A DNA stretch of 64,000 bases, taken from positions 67,642,001 to 67,706,000 of the forward strand of contig OX597822.1 of NCBI GenBank assembly GCA_951406725.2, in the 5' to 3' direction. Both the position numbers and the translations under genes were made by a program. Within the stretch, counting starts at the first letter, position 1. Every line of letters starts with the position of its first letter. This DNA comes from Octopus vulgaris (Eukaryota). The notes below the pieces were generated by a model. The model saw only the letters and a program-made list of their open reading frames with translations. It did no database searches and had not been told where the DNA came from. Shown here in pieces: positions 15,251 through 29,228 of this stretch.

Positions 15251-16140
15251 ATAGAAATTTTTATATCACATCATTATACTACACTTTTATAGATCTCTTA
15301 CAGCATTTCCCCATTTTATTCCACATTTGCCCCACAATTTCTTCGGAACAGATGTATTACCTTCACCTTATGCCAATATGTCAATCATCCAGGTAAAATC
15401 CCTCGGAGCATATGACCTGCTAGCAATATCAGTCAAATCTGCTCCAAGTCGCTGCTTAACTCCTTTAAAAAGGCACAACACATTTAAACATCGTTGTACC
15501 TGATATACAAAAGAAATAAACAAAGGATTGAGCATATTTGGAGCCGCAATGATCAAAGATTTGGTCTACTGGACCGAGACAAGTCAAAGGCTATTAAAAC
15601 TGCGTTTCTCTCTTTACTCTTTCTTATGCTATAAGTTCTTTTACAAGCGTTATACCAGCTAGAAATGAATCGGTATATTTCTGTCTCGTTTCAATAATCC
15701 GCAATGCATTTGTTTCATTCTTTGTTCAATTTTGTCCTTACATTCCATTTTCTCTGTTTCCAATTTCTAGTTTTGCTTCTGTTTGTTCTTGTATTACTTT
15801 TTGTCGTTTAGAAGAAGTTTTTCTACATATCTATTTATGTCACTTTAATAAAACTCCCTCTGGCTATCTAGCTGTCTTCTCTCCCTCTCTCAATCTTTCT
15901 CTCATTCTCTCTCTCACTCACTCACTCGTCCACCTCATTCATCTCAGCCACTGGTTTCTCTTTCATAAGCTTACAGTGAAACGGAGGTGACTTGTTGCTT
16001 TATATATGACACGTTTAAACACACTAACACCGGTTGGCCAACACAGACACAAAGACACTCACACACTCACACACACACATATATGTCTCTATCTCTCTAT
16101 CTCTCTTTCTCTCTCTCTCTCTCTCTTCTCCCTAGCTCTC

Positions 16141-16365
16141 CTGTGTGACCCTTCTGTCCGGCCTTCGCCATGATAGATCGCTAGCTACTACACATTATTC
16201 ATTTTCTCTCCTTGTTTCTTTCTGTGTTCCTTTCTGTGGAAGAGCGTAGGCTCGAAACGTTAAAGATTTTTTCACTTCCCGAGCGTTATACTTATACATC
16301 TGTTTGTTATCTACACCACCTATCTTTGTCTTTTTTATTTTTTTTTGTGAATTCTCCCTATACAT
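16141..16365 (+). mobile_element. Short repeat family E (PLE pLTR-like) carrying hammerhead-like motif
   Basis: Homologous to 20986-21082 (-) and 63080-63232 (-); contains CTTT-CTGTGGA-A-GAG-cgtagg-CTC-GAAACGT-T-AAAG; followed by (TA)n. Confidence 0.7.
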
Positions 16366-16371
16366 ACATAC

Positions 16372-16444
<73 letters not shown>

Positions 16445-16445
<1 letters not shown>

Positions 16446-16580
16446 ACGGACTTCTTTTAGTTTCCGTCCTTTACATCCATTCACAAAGCTTTGGCCGGCC
16501 AAAGGCTATGGTAGAAGACACTTGCCCAAAGAACCATATCGTTGAGAAGAAGACGCCTTTCCACACAGCTACGCATGCGC
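16445..16580 (-). mobile_element. SINE family B fragment
   Basis: GAAGACACTTGCCCA and TTTCCGTC...ATCCATTCACAAAGC segments. Confidence 0.75.
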
Positions 16581-16946
16581 CTATACTTCTTTAACTTCAT
16601 TTTTCTCTACTTTTACGTTTTTTAAGCTTTCCTTATAATGACCATCTTTGGAGTTCTTCAAGAATGTACATATTAGTAATGAACAGGATCTCGGTATTCA
16701 ATCAACAATAATTCTTTTCAAATAGATTCATATCAAATTTCGAAAACCATTATTTTCACATTATCCTGCCGTCTTAATTTCTTACATCATTGTGCTTCCA
16801 TACATCTTACTTTCCTTTCTCTTCATTTTTGTTTAAAAAAAAAAAAACATTCTTTGCTGACCTTTCGTTTTCTTCGTGATTCTAATTGATACATTTACAC
16901 TACTCTCATACTCCTTCATACCTGCTTTATTATTATGCTTTGTTAA

Positions 16947-17567
16947 GGCGGCGAGCTGGCAGAAACGTTAGCACGCCGGGCGAAATGCTTAGCGGTATTT
17001 CATCTGCCACTACGTTCTGAGTTCAAATTCCGCCGAGGTCGACTTTGCCTTTCATCCTTTCGGGGGGCAATTAAATAAGTACAAGTTACTCACTGGGATC
17101 GATGTAATCGACTTAATCTGTTTGTCTGTCCTTGTTTGTCCTCTCTGTGTTTAACCCCTTGTGGGTAGTAAAGAAATAGAAATAGGTATTTCGTCTGCCG
17201 TTACGCTCTGTGTTCAAATTCCGCCGAGGTCGACTTTACCTTTCATCCTTTCGGGGTCGATAAATTAAGTAGCAGTTATGTACTTGGGTCGATGTAATCG
17301 ACTTACTACCTTTGTCTGTCCTTGTTTGTCCCCTCTACGTTTTGCCCCTTGTGGGCAATAAAGAAATAAGAAACGTTAGCACGCCGGACGAAATGTTTAG
17401 CGGTATTACGTCTGCCGTTACGTTCTGAGTTCAAATTCTGCCTTGGTCGACTTTGTCTTTCGTCCTTTCGGAATCGATAAATTATGTACCAGTTGCATGC
17501 TAGGGGTCGCTCTAATCGACTAGCCCCTCTCCAAAAATTTTCGGGCTTTGTGCCTAAAGTAGAAAAC
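16947..17567 (+). mobile_element. SINE family A composite (two tail-1 units plus one tail-2 unit)
   Basis: Three B-box/core units; TSD ATTATTA(T/C)GCTTT at 16929-16941 and 17568-17580. Confidence 0.9.
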
Positions 17568-18034
17568 ATTATTACGCTTTATCGCGGTCTCATACTTTCT
17601 TCGGTTGAATCATGTTCCTCCCACCTCTCTCCTATGGATTTCCTTCTGTTACATCATCTTTTTACTACCACGTCATTTTCGCGCTTCTTTCTTTCTTATT
17701 GTTCTACAACACAACTTGAGCAGAATTGCCTCTTGCGTGGATCCACTGAATGCACAAGCGTTCGTATTTCCCTCTTAATGTAGTCAAATGTGTGTGCGCG
17801 CGCACATGAGTTACTCTCCATTCGTATATCTCGTGTCTGGTGTGCTCATTGTATGTTTTTATTTCTGTCACACCTTTCAATTAACTCTCTCTCCTTTTAT
17901 ACGCACCTTCTCTCTACGCTTTTTATTTTTTTCGCTGTAAATGTTTCTCTGTTCAGATGTCTGTGTATGCCTTTGTGCGCATGTGCATACACACAGGTAC
18001 ATATATACATACATACATACATGCATGCATATAT

Positions 18035-18078
<44 letters not shown>

Positions 18079-18147
18079 GTATGTATATAGATATATACAC
18101 ATAGCATATATATATATGTACATATATATATACACACACACACACTC

Positions 18148-18178
<31 letters not shown>

Positions 18179-18292
18179 TACACATGTATACACTTGGCAT
18201 TTATCCCAGACACATACTTCTTCACTTACTATCACTTTCATTCTCTCTCACTCTCTCTTTCTCTTTCTCTTACTTTCTCTCACTATCTTTCT

Positions 18293-18327
<35 letters not shown>

Positions 18328-18588
18328 TCTCTTTCTCCCTTTCTGTTGCTCACTGTCTGTGTCTGTTTTCCAGTCTTTCTTCCATTTTGCTCTCATCCAT
18401 TCAACTGCATTCCTTCATTTTTTACATCTTTATCTTCACACACACACACACACACACATACATACACAAACACACACACACACACATACATACACTAACA
18501 AACACACACACACACTCACAAATGCATAAGCACGTATGCATATATGCACATGTGTATATGCTTGTGTGTGTGCGAGTGAGTGTGTGTG

Positions 18589-18620
<32 letters not shown>

Positions 18621-18889
18621 CATCCATCCAAGCATGTATGTATGTATATATGGTTGCACGGATGTCTGTATCGCCGTCACCGTTACATTCACAGGCTATA
18701 TAGCATGCCTCATACAAATACAATAATGTCAAAGGGCAGATAAGCAATGAAGTGTAAAAATGACATCGAATCTTCTAGAAACAACTAACATTACATAAAA
18801 TGTAATAAAATTTTCGAAAAAATCATTTAAAAACACTTGTTTTTGTGGCATTCATTGTATTCTCTGCTCTTCTTTTTCACATTCTTATT

Positions 18890-19010
18890 CTTTTCCTTCT
18901 TTTTCTCCTTCTTCTTCTTCTTCTTCTTCTTCTTCTTCTTCTTCTTCTTCTTCTTCTTCTTCTTCTTCTTTTTCTTCTTCTTCTTCTTCTTCTTTCCCCC
19001 CCTTCTCTCT
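18890..19010. repeat. (CTT)n tract
   Basis: Direct reading. Confidence 0.95.
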
Positions 19011-19223
19011 TCCTGCATTTGTTTCTGTTTCCTTGTAAGAATTTTCTTTTATATCATCTTCTCGATTGGTTTACTTTTTCCTTCACTCATTTATTTATTT
19101 TTCGTTCAAATTATATTTATCATTTTTTTTTATTAATATATTTTTCCTCATTTCCAAGATCGAAAATATCGAAAAAATATAAAAACAATTTACATATATA
19201 TACATACAAATATATATATATAA

Positions 19224-19297
<74 letters not shown>

Positions 19298-19428
19298 CAT
19301 GTGAGATTATCCAAAAAGTGATTATAATAGAGATAACGTGGTTTCTATAACTCTTGTTGTTAAACAGATTTAAATCTGTGCGGAACTATATAAGTTTGAG
19401 TGCGGGAACACGACTGTTCACATGTAGA

Positions 19429-19492
<64 letters not shown>

Positions 19493-20107
19493 TGTGTGTG
19501 TGCGGGGCTATGTGTGTATCTGCGTCTGTGTGCTCGTCTATATGTGTTCTGAGAATATTTCTAAGCGCCGTCTGATCATCTGTCAAGTGTTCAAACCTGC
19601 TTCTGGTGTTTCGTTGTGATTCGGGGCCCGAATCATTTCATTTATTTTCATTTTTATTTAATTTTTTTCTTCTTTAAGAACTGTCCAAGACAAGAAGGGG
19701 CATTGTTTATGTTCTTTGAGTATTTTTCTATTCTTGTTTCACTTATCTAATCCTGGATCAACCAATTTTCATTGCGCAGATATATTATCAAACACATTTT
19801 GCCCTCGAAACATCACGATTTTTTAAAGATTATTTTGCATTATATTATCTAATGTGTTTTTCCTCACTTGCTCGACGGAAGTTATTGCTCGGAAGATTCC
19901 CCTGTTGTCTGCTCGCTCTGTATCAAGTTTCCATTTATTTAAACTATGATAAGAAATACTGGCTTCCTTTGTAAATGATTTCGCTATTGATACATCATAT
20001 GTATATGTAAATTAGTGTGTGTTTGTGTGGTGTGTATGTGTGTGTGTACTAATTTAAAACTAGTGCCAAAACTGTCTTCTGTTTCCTTCATCAATTATTA
20101 TTATTAT

Positions 20108-20170
<63 letters not shown>

Positions 20171-20175
20171 CAGCA

Positions 20176-20213
<38 letters not shown>

Positions 20214-20649
20214 AAAAAAGTCAAGATAGAAAATGCTAAAAATAATTTTATAAAAGACATTTCAGTACCGGTTTCAGTCATTGAGACTTTTTCAACTGTA
20301 ACAATTAAATAATTAAATTTAGAAAAATTAAAAGAAATGTTTTCGTAAAAGAATATTTGTACAGAGATCAAATACAAGTGGCATTTTCCTTGTTTCTGCC
20401 TGTCTCTGATTCTCTTGTTTACTTTTGTCGGTTCGAGGTCCTTGTGAATTCTTGGTAGGGAAGAAGAAGAAAAAAAGAAGGAGGAGGAGGAGAAGGGGAA
20501 GTAGAAGAAGAATTTGGGAGTGCCATGATAGTAGTATTTTGAATGGTCAGTGGATGGTAGCAGTCCCTGTTCAATTCATGAAAATATTTCTTTAGAATGT
20601 TTTGTTTATAGAATTTGCGTAGGTGTTATTCTAAAAAGCATTAGTGACA

Positions 20650-20760
20650 GAGTTAGGAAGGAGAAGGAAGAAGAAGAAGAAGAAGAAGAAGAAGAAGAAG
20701 AAGAAGAAGAAGAAGAAGAAGAAGAAGAAGAAGAAGAAGAAGAAGAAGAAGAAAGAGAAG
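20650..20760. repeat. (GAA)n tract
   Basis: Direct reading. Confidence 0.95.
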
Positions 20761-20985
20761 GGAGAATAAGAATGAATGTAGAAAGTAGTAAGGTGTTAAA
20801 TGGCTTAAAATTGGAAACCTAATGGATTATAGCAGTGATTAGCACTGTTTTTTTAATGAATTCTTGGGAATCGCTTGAGTGTATCATTTTTAATATTTGC
20901 GTATATATTTGTGTTATTCTAAGGCCGAGGTGGATATGCCGTTTGTCGTAGACGCGTTCAGAAGGGGCCCGGGCGGTGAAAAAGT

Positions 20986-21217
<232 letters not shown>

Positions 21218-21374
21218 AAATGAGAAAATGGAGAAACATACTTAAATCAATCATCAACCATCAGATAATACCCAATCAATACTTTATTACACCATTACAT
21301 AACAGCAATAACATTATACATAATATATTGCAAATATAACTAGACATGGAAATAGAAATATAAAATACAATTAC

Positions 21375-21503
21375 ATCATATCTGACAGCTGTTTCGGCCG
21401 TGAAGACAAGTATGTCTCATTTAACCTATTAGCCATATAAAGCAGGTATAAATGAGACATTAACAAGGATGTCTCACGGCCTCTTCAGAGAATTTAATAT
21501 AAG
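21375..21503 (-). ncRNA. Type I hammerhead ribozyme with 86-nt stem II domain
   Basis: Minus strand: TCT-CTGAAGA-GGCCGTGAGACA...TGTCTTCACGGCC-GAAA-CAGCTG-TC|AGA; palindromic stem III ACAGCTGT; inner 12-bp hairpin (21412-21423/21449-21460); predicted GUC cleavage between 21384 and 21383. Confidence 0.8.
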
Positions 21504-21807
21504 TGTGAAAAAAATTTACATATAAATATAAAAATATAAAATATAAAAATGTGTGCACAGACACTCATAATTCTACACATATATATATATATACACATTA
21601 ATACAATAATACAATATAAACAAAATATATCAGTATACATTAACAAACACAGTTATTTTCCATATTGGACTCCTAGTTCCATAACTAACATCAAGGAAAA
21701 ACATGTACACTCACATTTAAATTTAAAGCAGACATATATATATATAAAACAATCCAGTTCATTAAAATGTATAACCATACAAAAAGTCAATAAAAATTAA
21801 TATTCAT

Positions 21808-21872
<65 letters not shown>

Positions 21873-23992
21873 CCATGATTGTACCATGTAAAGCAAGCGG
21901 ACATCTATATATCAATAAGTCTAATTCATCTGTCCGCTTGATATTGATTTTCCTAGATAGATTCGATTGGCTTATATTTTAAAATTTGAATCACAATGGA
22001 AATTTTACGGTTAGTTAGTCAAGAAACGCACATATGCACACGCACATCCACAGATCCAGCGCACATACATACATAATTATATGTATACACACACAGATAC
22101 ACCCATACACATACACACATACATAGCCACATACACAGCCAAATCATAAATAAATAAATAAATAATATAAGAGGTATAATCGTAACTATACACATGGAAA
22201 AACAGAGAAACCCAACCGATTGCACATACATGCATGCAGACATCAAGCCCCACCAAAACGACACCAAGGCCGTGGTATTAACTAAGTAGATCCACTCACA
22301 TATTTCCATAAAACATTAATTGCAAAGATACATACAATTATATCAAGACATAGAATGTAATTTTTCATAAGGTACATAATTCATATGACACCGTATTTTT
22401 CGTAGCCATAGTATTTTATAAGTAAAAGTCTGCTAGCTTAACCGCTATATGCTATATTCAAACATACGCTAAATTATAACGTATAGATTAAACATTTCCG
22501 TTTGACTATCAAAAGACATAGGATTATACATATACTAAGTTAACATCGGTTTATAATAATTAAATTATAAGAGATTAATTGTAAGAAGTCAAAATACGCT
22601 AATATTCTAGGATATATAAACAAAATAACTCCTTATAGCATAAATAGATATCATCTCTACGTAATAAATCCAATGTTATTATAATACTAATATTTATCTA
22701 TCAAAACCCTTACCAACGAACTAATAGAATTACACTCACATCTACATGCCCATATGCATACTCATGTGTAACAACAGACATACACATACACACCATATAT
22801 TTTCACATGTGATGTGCGTGTAAACATTCATAGTACTTATATATAAATATACTTTTAAGCATCAGTGGACACATAAATACAAATGTAATAATTAACAGGA
22901 TTTGGCATTAAATAATATCAGTGGAGGACTTACCAATAAAATAGTATATAAGTAAATAACAAAAATTAAATTAATTATAAGTTAATAATTGTAATTACCT
23001 AAGATTAAAATGTAATAAAATAAAATAAGATGAAATAATTAAAATTAAAATGAGAATATAAGTACAAGCTAGTATACGTGTATCTATATTTTATTATAAT
23101 AAATAATGGATATGTATGTATATATCTACATATAAATGAATAAATGAATAAATAAATAGATAAATACCATAGAAAACAAATTAAGATAAATACAAAGGTA
23201 CACCTAATATATAGTAATGCTAATATGTATATATCCACATATGCATAAAATAATATATAGATAAATAAATAACATAAAATAAAATGAAGATATATATTGA
23301 AAAAAGTACATATATAAACTTAGTATACAGGCTACTATTATGTAAACATTTACCTATAGATAATGAATAAATAAATAAATAAATAAATAAATAGATAAAT
23401 AACTTAATGTACAAACCAAGATGAGTACAAATATATACTAAATATATAAGACTGCTAATATGTATAAAGCCAAATGTAAGTAAATGAATAGGTTTATTAA
23501 TAAATAGCATAAATACAAATTTAGATGAGTACAAAGATACACTAAATATACAATATATAAGCCTGCCAAATAAATACCTGCAAAAACCCATATACAAACA
23601 AAATCCAATATAGACTCTCATTTATTACATATTAGTATTACAGTATCTAAAACCAGGTATCTAACTATGATACTCATACACCCTCTGCAATTTTGGAAAA
23701 CTCCAAGAATATCATATTACTGTGTATATACCAAAATGTATATATTCTTTCTTGCCGCAGTGTATTTCCCTTATAAACCAGGACAAAAAACCAAAAACAA
23801 AAAAACAATTAATACAGGACATATATATTTATATACATGTGTAGCTACAAAATTATATAGCATTATAAATTTATAAGTTGCATGTTTTAAAATTGTAGAA
23901 GACTAATAGTATAAGTAGATATAGAGGAGAGTTAAAATATTACTAGTAGAAAAGCTAAGTTCTATTTAAATCTAAAGAAAGTGTACGGTAGT

Positions 23993-24857
23993 TTATGAAT
24001 GCAAAAATTTTTTTTTTTCATTTATATTATTAATAATAGGCCTACCCGCTTTGATAATGAAAAAAATTTCATTAATACATAGAGAGCATTTTTTATTTTT
24101 TCCATTATACACAGGTGCAGAAGTTAGTATTTTCCAATTTAATTTAAAATCTAAGTTCTTACTTTTGAGTTCCCAAATATACGCACTTAACCCCGTAGAG
24201 TACATCCTATTTTTATTTCTAAAAGTATATCTATGATAATTAAGTCTCTGTTTCATGCTATTCATAGTTGCTCCGATGTATACCCTACTACTAAATTGTG
24301 TATCCACAGTGCATTGATAGACTACATCTTTCTTGAGGCATTGATTACCAAACACACATTTATTTCTGTTTCTGAAATTACAGTTATCAACAGGTTGGGG
24401 TAATCTAACATTGACCAACATTCCTGTAACACCATTCACATTAGTAGTGTTACAATTATTTATACTATCCAATCCCAAATTCAACGAATGATTTGATTTA
24501 TCATTATTGGCGATATTCCTATCAATAGTAATAGTATTGGTGGTAGTGGTATCATCTATTACATTAATATTTTTCACCATCATAATTTGTTACATTAATA
24601 TTTTTCCTTACAGGTACGGTACCATCATAACTTGTAAGAGGGTTGTTCGCGTTAGCTCCAAAAGATATATTGTTCCTATTTTTATAGAGAGGCAAATTAC
24701 TATTATCTAAATTCAACTTTCTATCATTATAGAAGTAATCCAGTTTCCTGTTATTAAAAGAGGAGATTATGGTGGCTAGATTGTGTGTAATGCTATATCC
24801 TATTCTAACAGTTCCATTGTTAATTAAATGACCAAATTTATTCTTACCCATACGTGT

Positions 24858-24944
<87 letters not shown>

Positions 24945-25120
24945 CGTGAGTGTCTAAAAAATATATATGTATATATGTATGTATCAAAACCTCTGTACTT
25001 TCTTTTTCGGAACTTCTTTGCAAGTGGTAAACTCCCAAGCAAATTCGAAGGGGAATAATATGCCCTATCTAGAAACGCAGAATCAAGGCAGTTGCTAATA
25101 ATTATAGACCAATCTCTCTG
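23993..25120 (-). mobile_element. Penelope-like retroelement (Neptune-like) 3' part: RT-EN linker plus GIY-YIG endonuclease
   Basis: ORF 23993-24583 has C..GNQCLKKDVVY, VYIGAT, KQR..YH, STGLSAYIW.LK, W.IL..A..Y, CSLCINE; upstream frame FGHLINNGTVRIGYSITHNLATIISSFNNRKL matches the PLE linker (KIFNRNTVKVSYS...ISSHN type); frameshift near 24570 and a (TG)n insertion at about 24853-24945. Confidence 0.88.
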
Positions 25121-25139
25121 ACATCACACAATTGTCGCA

Positions 25140-25400
25140 AAACCTAGATAGAAGTGGTGGCCAATAGAGCCACCACTAAGGAAACACAAATAACGAGTAG
25201 TGTTCCAGAGGAGAATCTTAGGGCCACTACTATTCATAGTGCTTCTCTTGGACATGTCCGTAGCTACCCAGATAGCCATGTAGATGACACAAAAGCCTCT
25301 CAGAGGATACAGAGCACCGGAAATATTGTGCACCTGCAATGTACGGGTGAGCTGAAAAAATTTAGGACATTTGGCATTGACAGTTACAAAACCAACACAA
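25140..25400 (+). mobile_element. CR1/L2-type LINE reverse transcriptase fragment
   Basis: Frameshifted ITSSVP / ILGPLLFIV / HVDDTKASQRIQS..LQ correspond to SGVPQGSVLGPLLF and FADDTK motifs. Confidence 0.75.
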
Positions 25401-25414
25401 CGAGGCACCACTAA

Positions 25415-26175
25415 TGGAAGAACACCTTTCGTATAGAAACCAAAGATGGGCGTTTTTATTCTGGCACTGACTTAAGCACCTCAAATGGCTCGCAGGAGAT
25501 CTCGTTCCTATATCGTTTGGTTTGGGTTTAACAGTTCAAAGGGGACTAAACATTTCATATCCCTATAAACAGATAACAACACTTTATGTGGGAGAAGACC
25601 TTCTTAAAGCCTGGGGTGCTGGTATTTCTCCTTTCCCTACCCATTGTCTTCGACGCTTGGCATTTTTATAGAGAACCTATTTATCTTCACCAGTCACTAT
25701 TCGGTCCAAAACGGGTTCATTAGTGAGACGTGACAGCAAAGAAGAGCACACATTCACTCTCTGAGCGCGATTAGATTCGGGAAGTTTTTGAGGAATCTTT
25801 TGACCCAATTTGCTGACTTTTCGATGTCACGTTGAATGGTTGAATTACCAAATCCAAGCTTCTCTGCTAGTTCCTCAAAAGTAACAATGGGATTTTCTTC
25901 CTCCAGGATTTGCAGGAGATCCTCGTCGAACTCTAAAGATCTTCCAGGACGATGCTCTTCTAGGCTTCAGTTTCCAGCTCGGAATTTCTGGTCCCACCAT
26001 TAACACTGGCTTACATTTATTGTCCGATTCTTATATATTGCATTAATATTCCTCGCACTTTCAGTTGTGCTGTTGCCTTTTATTGAACTCATAAAGGAAA
26101 ATATGCCGAACATGCTTCATTGTCACTTCTATTATAGCTTTCAAAAAATAACTGTTAAAATCGAACTGCACATGT
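25415..26175 (-). mobile_element. Decayed mariner transposase (HTH to mid catalytic domain)
   Basis: MKHVRHIFLYEF..., TFEELAEKLG, RIVTGEDK*VLYKNAKRRRQW, FELLNPNQTI, KRPSLVS; stops and frameshifts; no TIR found. Confidence 0.85.
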
Positions 26176-26699
26176 ATGTATGTGTGTATGTATATATGTA
26201 TTATGTATGTATGTATTTATGTTTGTATGTATGTAAATATTACGAGATTCTGCTGTGCTGATTGATTTTTGTTTTCTTAGCAGCAGTCACTGACGCAGCC
26301 ATTTTGTTTTCTGTATGTGTATTTATAAAATAGACATAGCACCGCACGCACGTAAACACGTACGGGAATATGATTATAGATATGTACAACCAACTCGAGA
26401 AGCTCACACGTGTACATACATATACATACAAACATGACGACAGGACATGCCCAAACATTCACAGACAAATGCGACTGTCAACTGCATTTAAACTGATACA
26501 GAGAGGGGGGAGAGGGAGACAGACATAGACAGAGGAAGATATGTAAAGAAGAAAGAGGATAGGAGAGAGCGGTATAAGTTTATAAAGAGAAAGAGAAATT
26601 AATAGAAATTAATTGATGGTTGGAGAAAGGAGACAAGAAGTGGGCGAAAGGACGAAAGGAACGAAAATGTGTATGCGTAGGTGTACAAGGCAGTGAGAG

Positions 26700-27295
26700 T
26701 GAGAGATGGAGAAAGGGAAGAAGAGGAAGAAGAAAGAGAAGGGGAAGAAGAAAGAGAAGGGGAAGAAGAAGAGAAGAAGAAGAAGAAGAAGAAGAAGAAG
26801 AAAAAGGAGGAGGAGGAGGAGAAGAAGAAGAAGAAGAAGAAGAAGAAGAAGAAGAAGAAGAAGGAGGAGATGAAAAAGAAGAAGAAGAAGACGGAGAAGA
26901 AGAAGAATGAGAAAGAGGAGAAAGAGAAGAAGGAGAATAAAAAGAAGATGAAGAAAATGAAGAAGAAGGAGAAGAAGAAGGAGAAGAGGAGGAGAAGAAG
27001 AAAAAGAAGAAGAAGAAGAAGAAGAAGAAGAAGAAGAAGAAGAAGGAGGAAGGAGGAGGAGGAGGAGAAGAAAAAGAAGAAGAAGAAGAAGAAGAAGAAG
27101 AGGGGGAGGAGGAGGAGGAGGAGGAGGAGGAGAAGAAAAAGAAGAAGAAGAAGAAGAAGAAGAAGGAGGAGGAGGAGGAGGAGGAGGAGAAGAAGAAAAA
27201 GAAGAAGAAGAAGAAGAAGAAGAAGAAGAAGAAGAAGAAGAAGAAGAAGAAGAAGAAGAAGAAGAAGAAGAAGAAATAGAAGAAGGAGAAGGAGG
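26700..27295. repeat. ~600-bp polypurine (GAA)n/(GGA)n mosaic
   Basis: Direct reading; source of spurious poly-K/E/R ORFs. Confidence 0.95.
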
Positions 27296-27573
27296 ACGTG
27301 GAGCTGTGTTTTGTTTACACATCAAGGCCTCGATATTGCACACTGAGTCCTCCAGATTTGCCGATAGACGTGACACGGCAGCAGCTCCTTCTCCCATCGA
27401 CTCCATGCACACGCAAGCCCACACAGGAGACAGTGACGTAACATAGAGGAAGATAAGTCATATGCGCCGCAGTTGCTCAAATCCAACATCAACTGTCAGT
27501 AATGGATGATTACAGCTTTATTATTTGACCCCATCGCTGCCCTCGGCCTTTCCCACTGTCCTGAGCCTAGTAT

Positions 27574-27612
<39 letters not shown>

Positions 27613-27790
27613 TTTGCGTGCTTGTTTATTTTATTCATTTTAGTAAAAACCAACATTGGAGATTCTCTATTTACTGTCACTCAGTAATTTGAAATCTAAC
27701 TTCATTCAAGGGGTTATTATAGTATTTTTCTATGATTTATTTCTTTACAACAACAACAACAACAACAACAGCGACAACAACATTAACAAC

Positions 27791-27831
<41 letters not shown>

Positions 27832-27909
27832 TAATAATTATTATTGTTGTTTCAGTTGCTATTATTACGATTATCGTGTGTGTTTGTGCGTGTATGTGTG
27901 TACACACGT

Positions 27910-27971
<62 letters not shown>

Positions 27972-28243
27972 ATGTATATATATGTGAGTGCGTGTGTGTG
28001 TGTGTGTGTGTGTTATATTACATTATATAATATCATATATATATATATATATATTTATACATATACATATATACATATATACATATATACATACATATAT
28101 ATGTACACACACACATTTGTATTATATATATATATGTAAGTATATATATGTGTGTGTGTGTTGTTACCTTATAAAATATCATATATATATATACATATAT
28201 ATACATATATACATATATATATATATATGTACACACACATTTG

Positions 28244-28292
<49 letters not shown>

Positions 28293-29197
28293 TAATATTT
28301 TGTATGTGCATATAATTTTTTTTTTCATATAAAATATATAAAAAGCGTCAGAATTTCATTATATTTTGCTGGGTTTTTTCATTGTTGCTGTTGATGCTTT
28401 TCATTCTTTGTTTTGCTTTCATTGTCTCCGTTGCTCTTGCAGTTGTTTTGATTAAATTTTGCAGAGAGACAGAAAATCAGCTAATACGACAGGAATTTGC
28501 GTCTGTCGCACTTTTCGCAAACTAACCGTTTAAATTAAATTCAGTCCAACGTTTTATTATTAGAAATTGTCGCAGAGTTTCTGGCTCAAAATTGATCCAT
28601 TTTTCTGACGTTACAAATCTCAAGCCTTCCTGTTCAATTTCGCAATAGAAAACTAATATTGCTGTTTACAAAAGACATACCAAAGGACAAGATAGCCCGA
28701 GGTAACAAAAAACAAAAAAAAAATGTTAAAAAAGAAAAATTCTTAAATGCATAAAGAACTGTTGTTGAAAGGGGAAATTGCAATCCCACATACATGCTTG
28801 GCGATTATACAGGATAAAAAATATAGTTGAACCATTTCGGGTGTAATATTAAATTAAATAGACGAGTCAAGAGATAAGTGCTGATACTAGGAGACAGCAG
28901 TGGTGAGGCCCGGTATATATGAATATAAAAATAAATGTGTATATATACATACATATATATATATGTATGTATATATATACATATATACATATATATATAT
29001 ACATACATTACATACATAATACATACATACATATATATATGTGTGTGTGATTATATATATATATGTATGAATATATATACATATATGTGTATATACACGT
29101 ATACATATATATATATTTATTTATGCATATATATGTATATATACATATGTATGCAAGTATGTATATACACATACATATATACACATATATATGTGGG

Positions 29198-29228
<31 letters not shown>

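Noticed and set aside
26240-26310. First exon MAASVTAAKK on minus strand
   Set aside because: Frame closes after 20 codons and only a weak donor is available; kept only as a YY1-like motif note.
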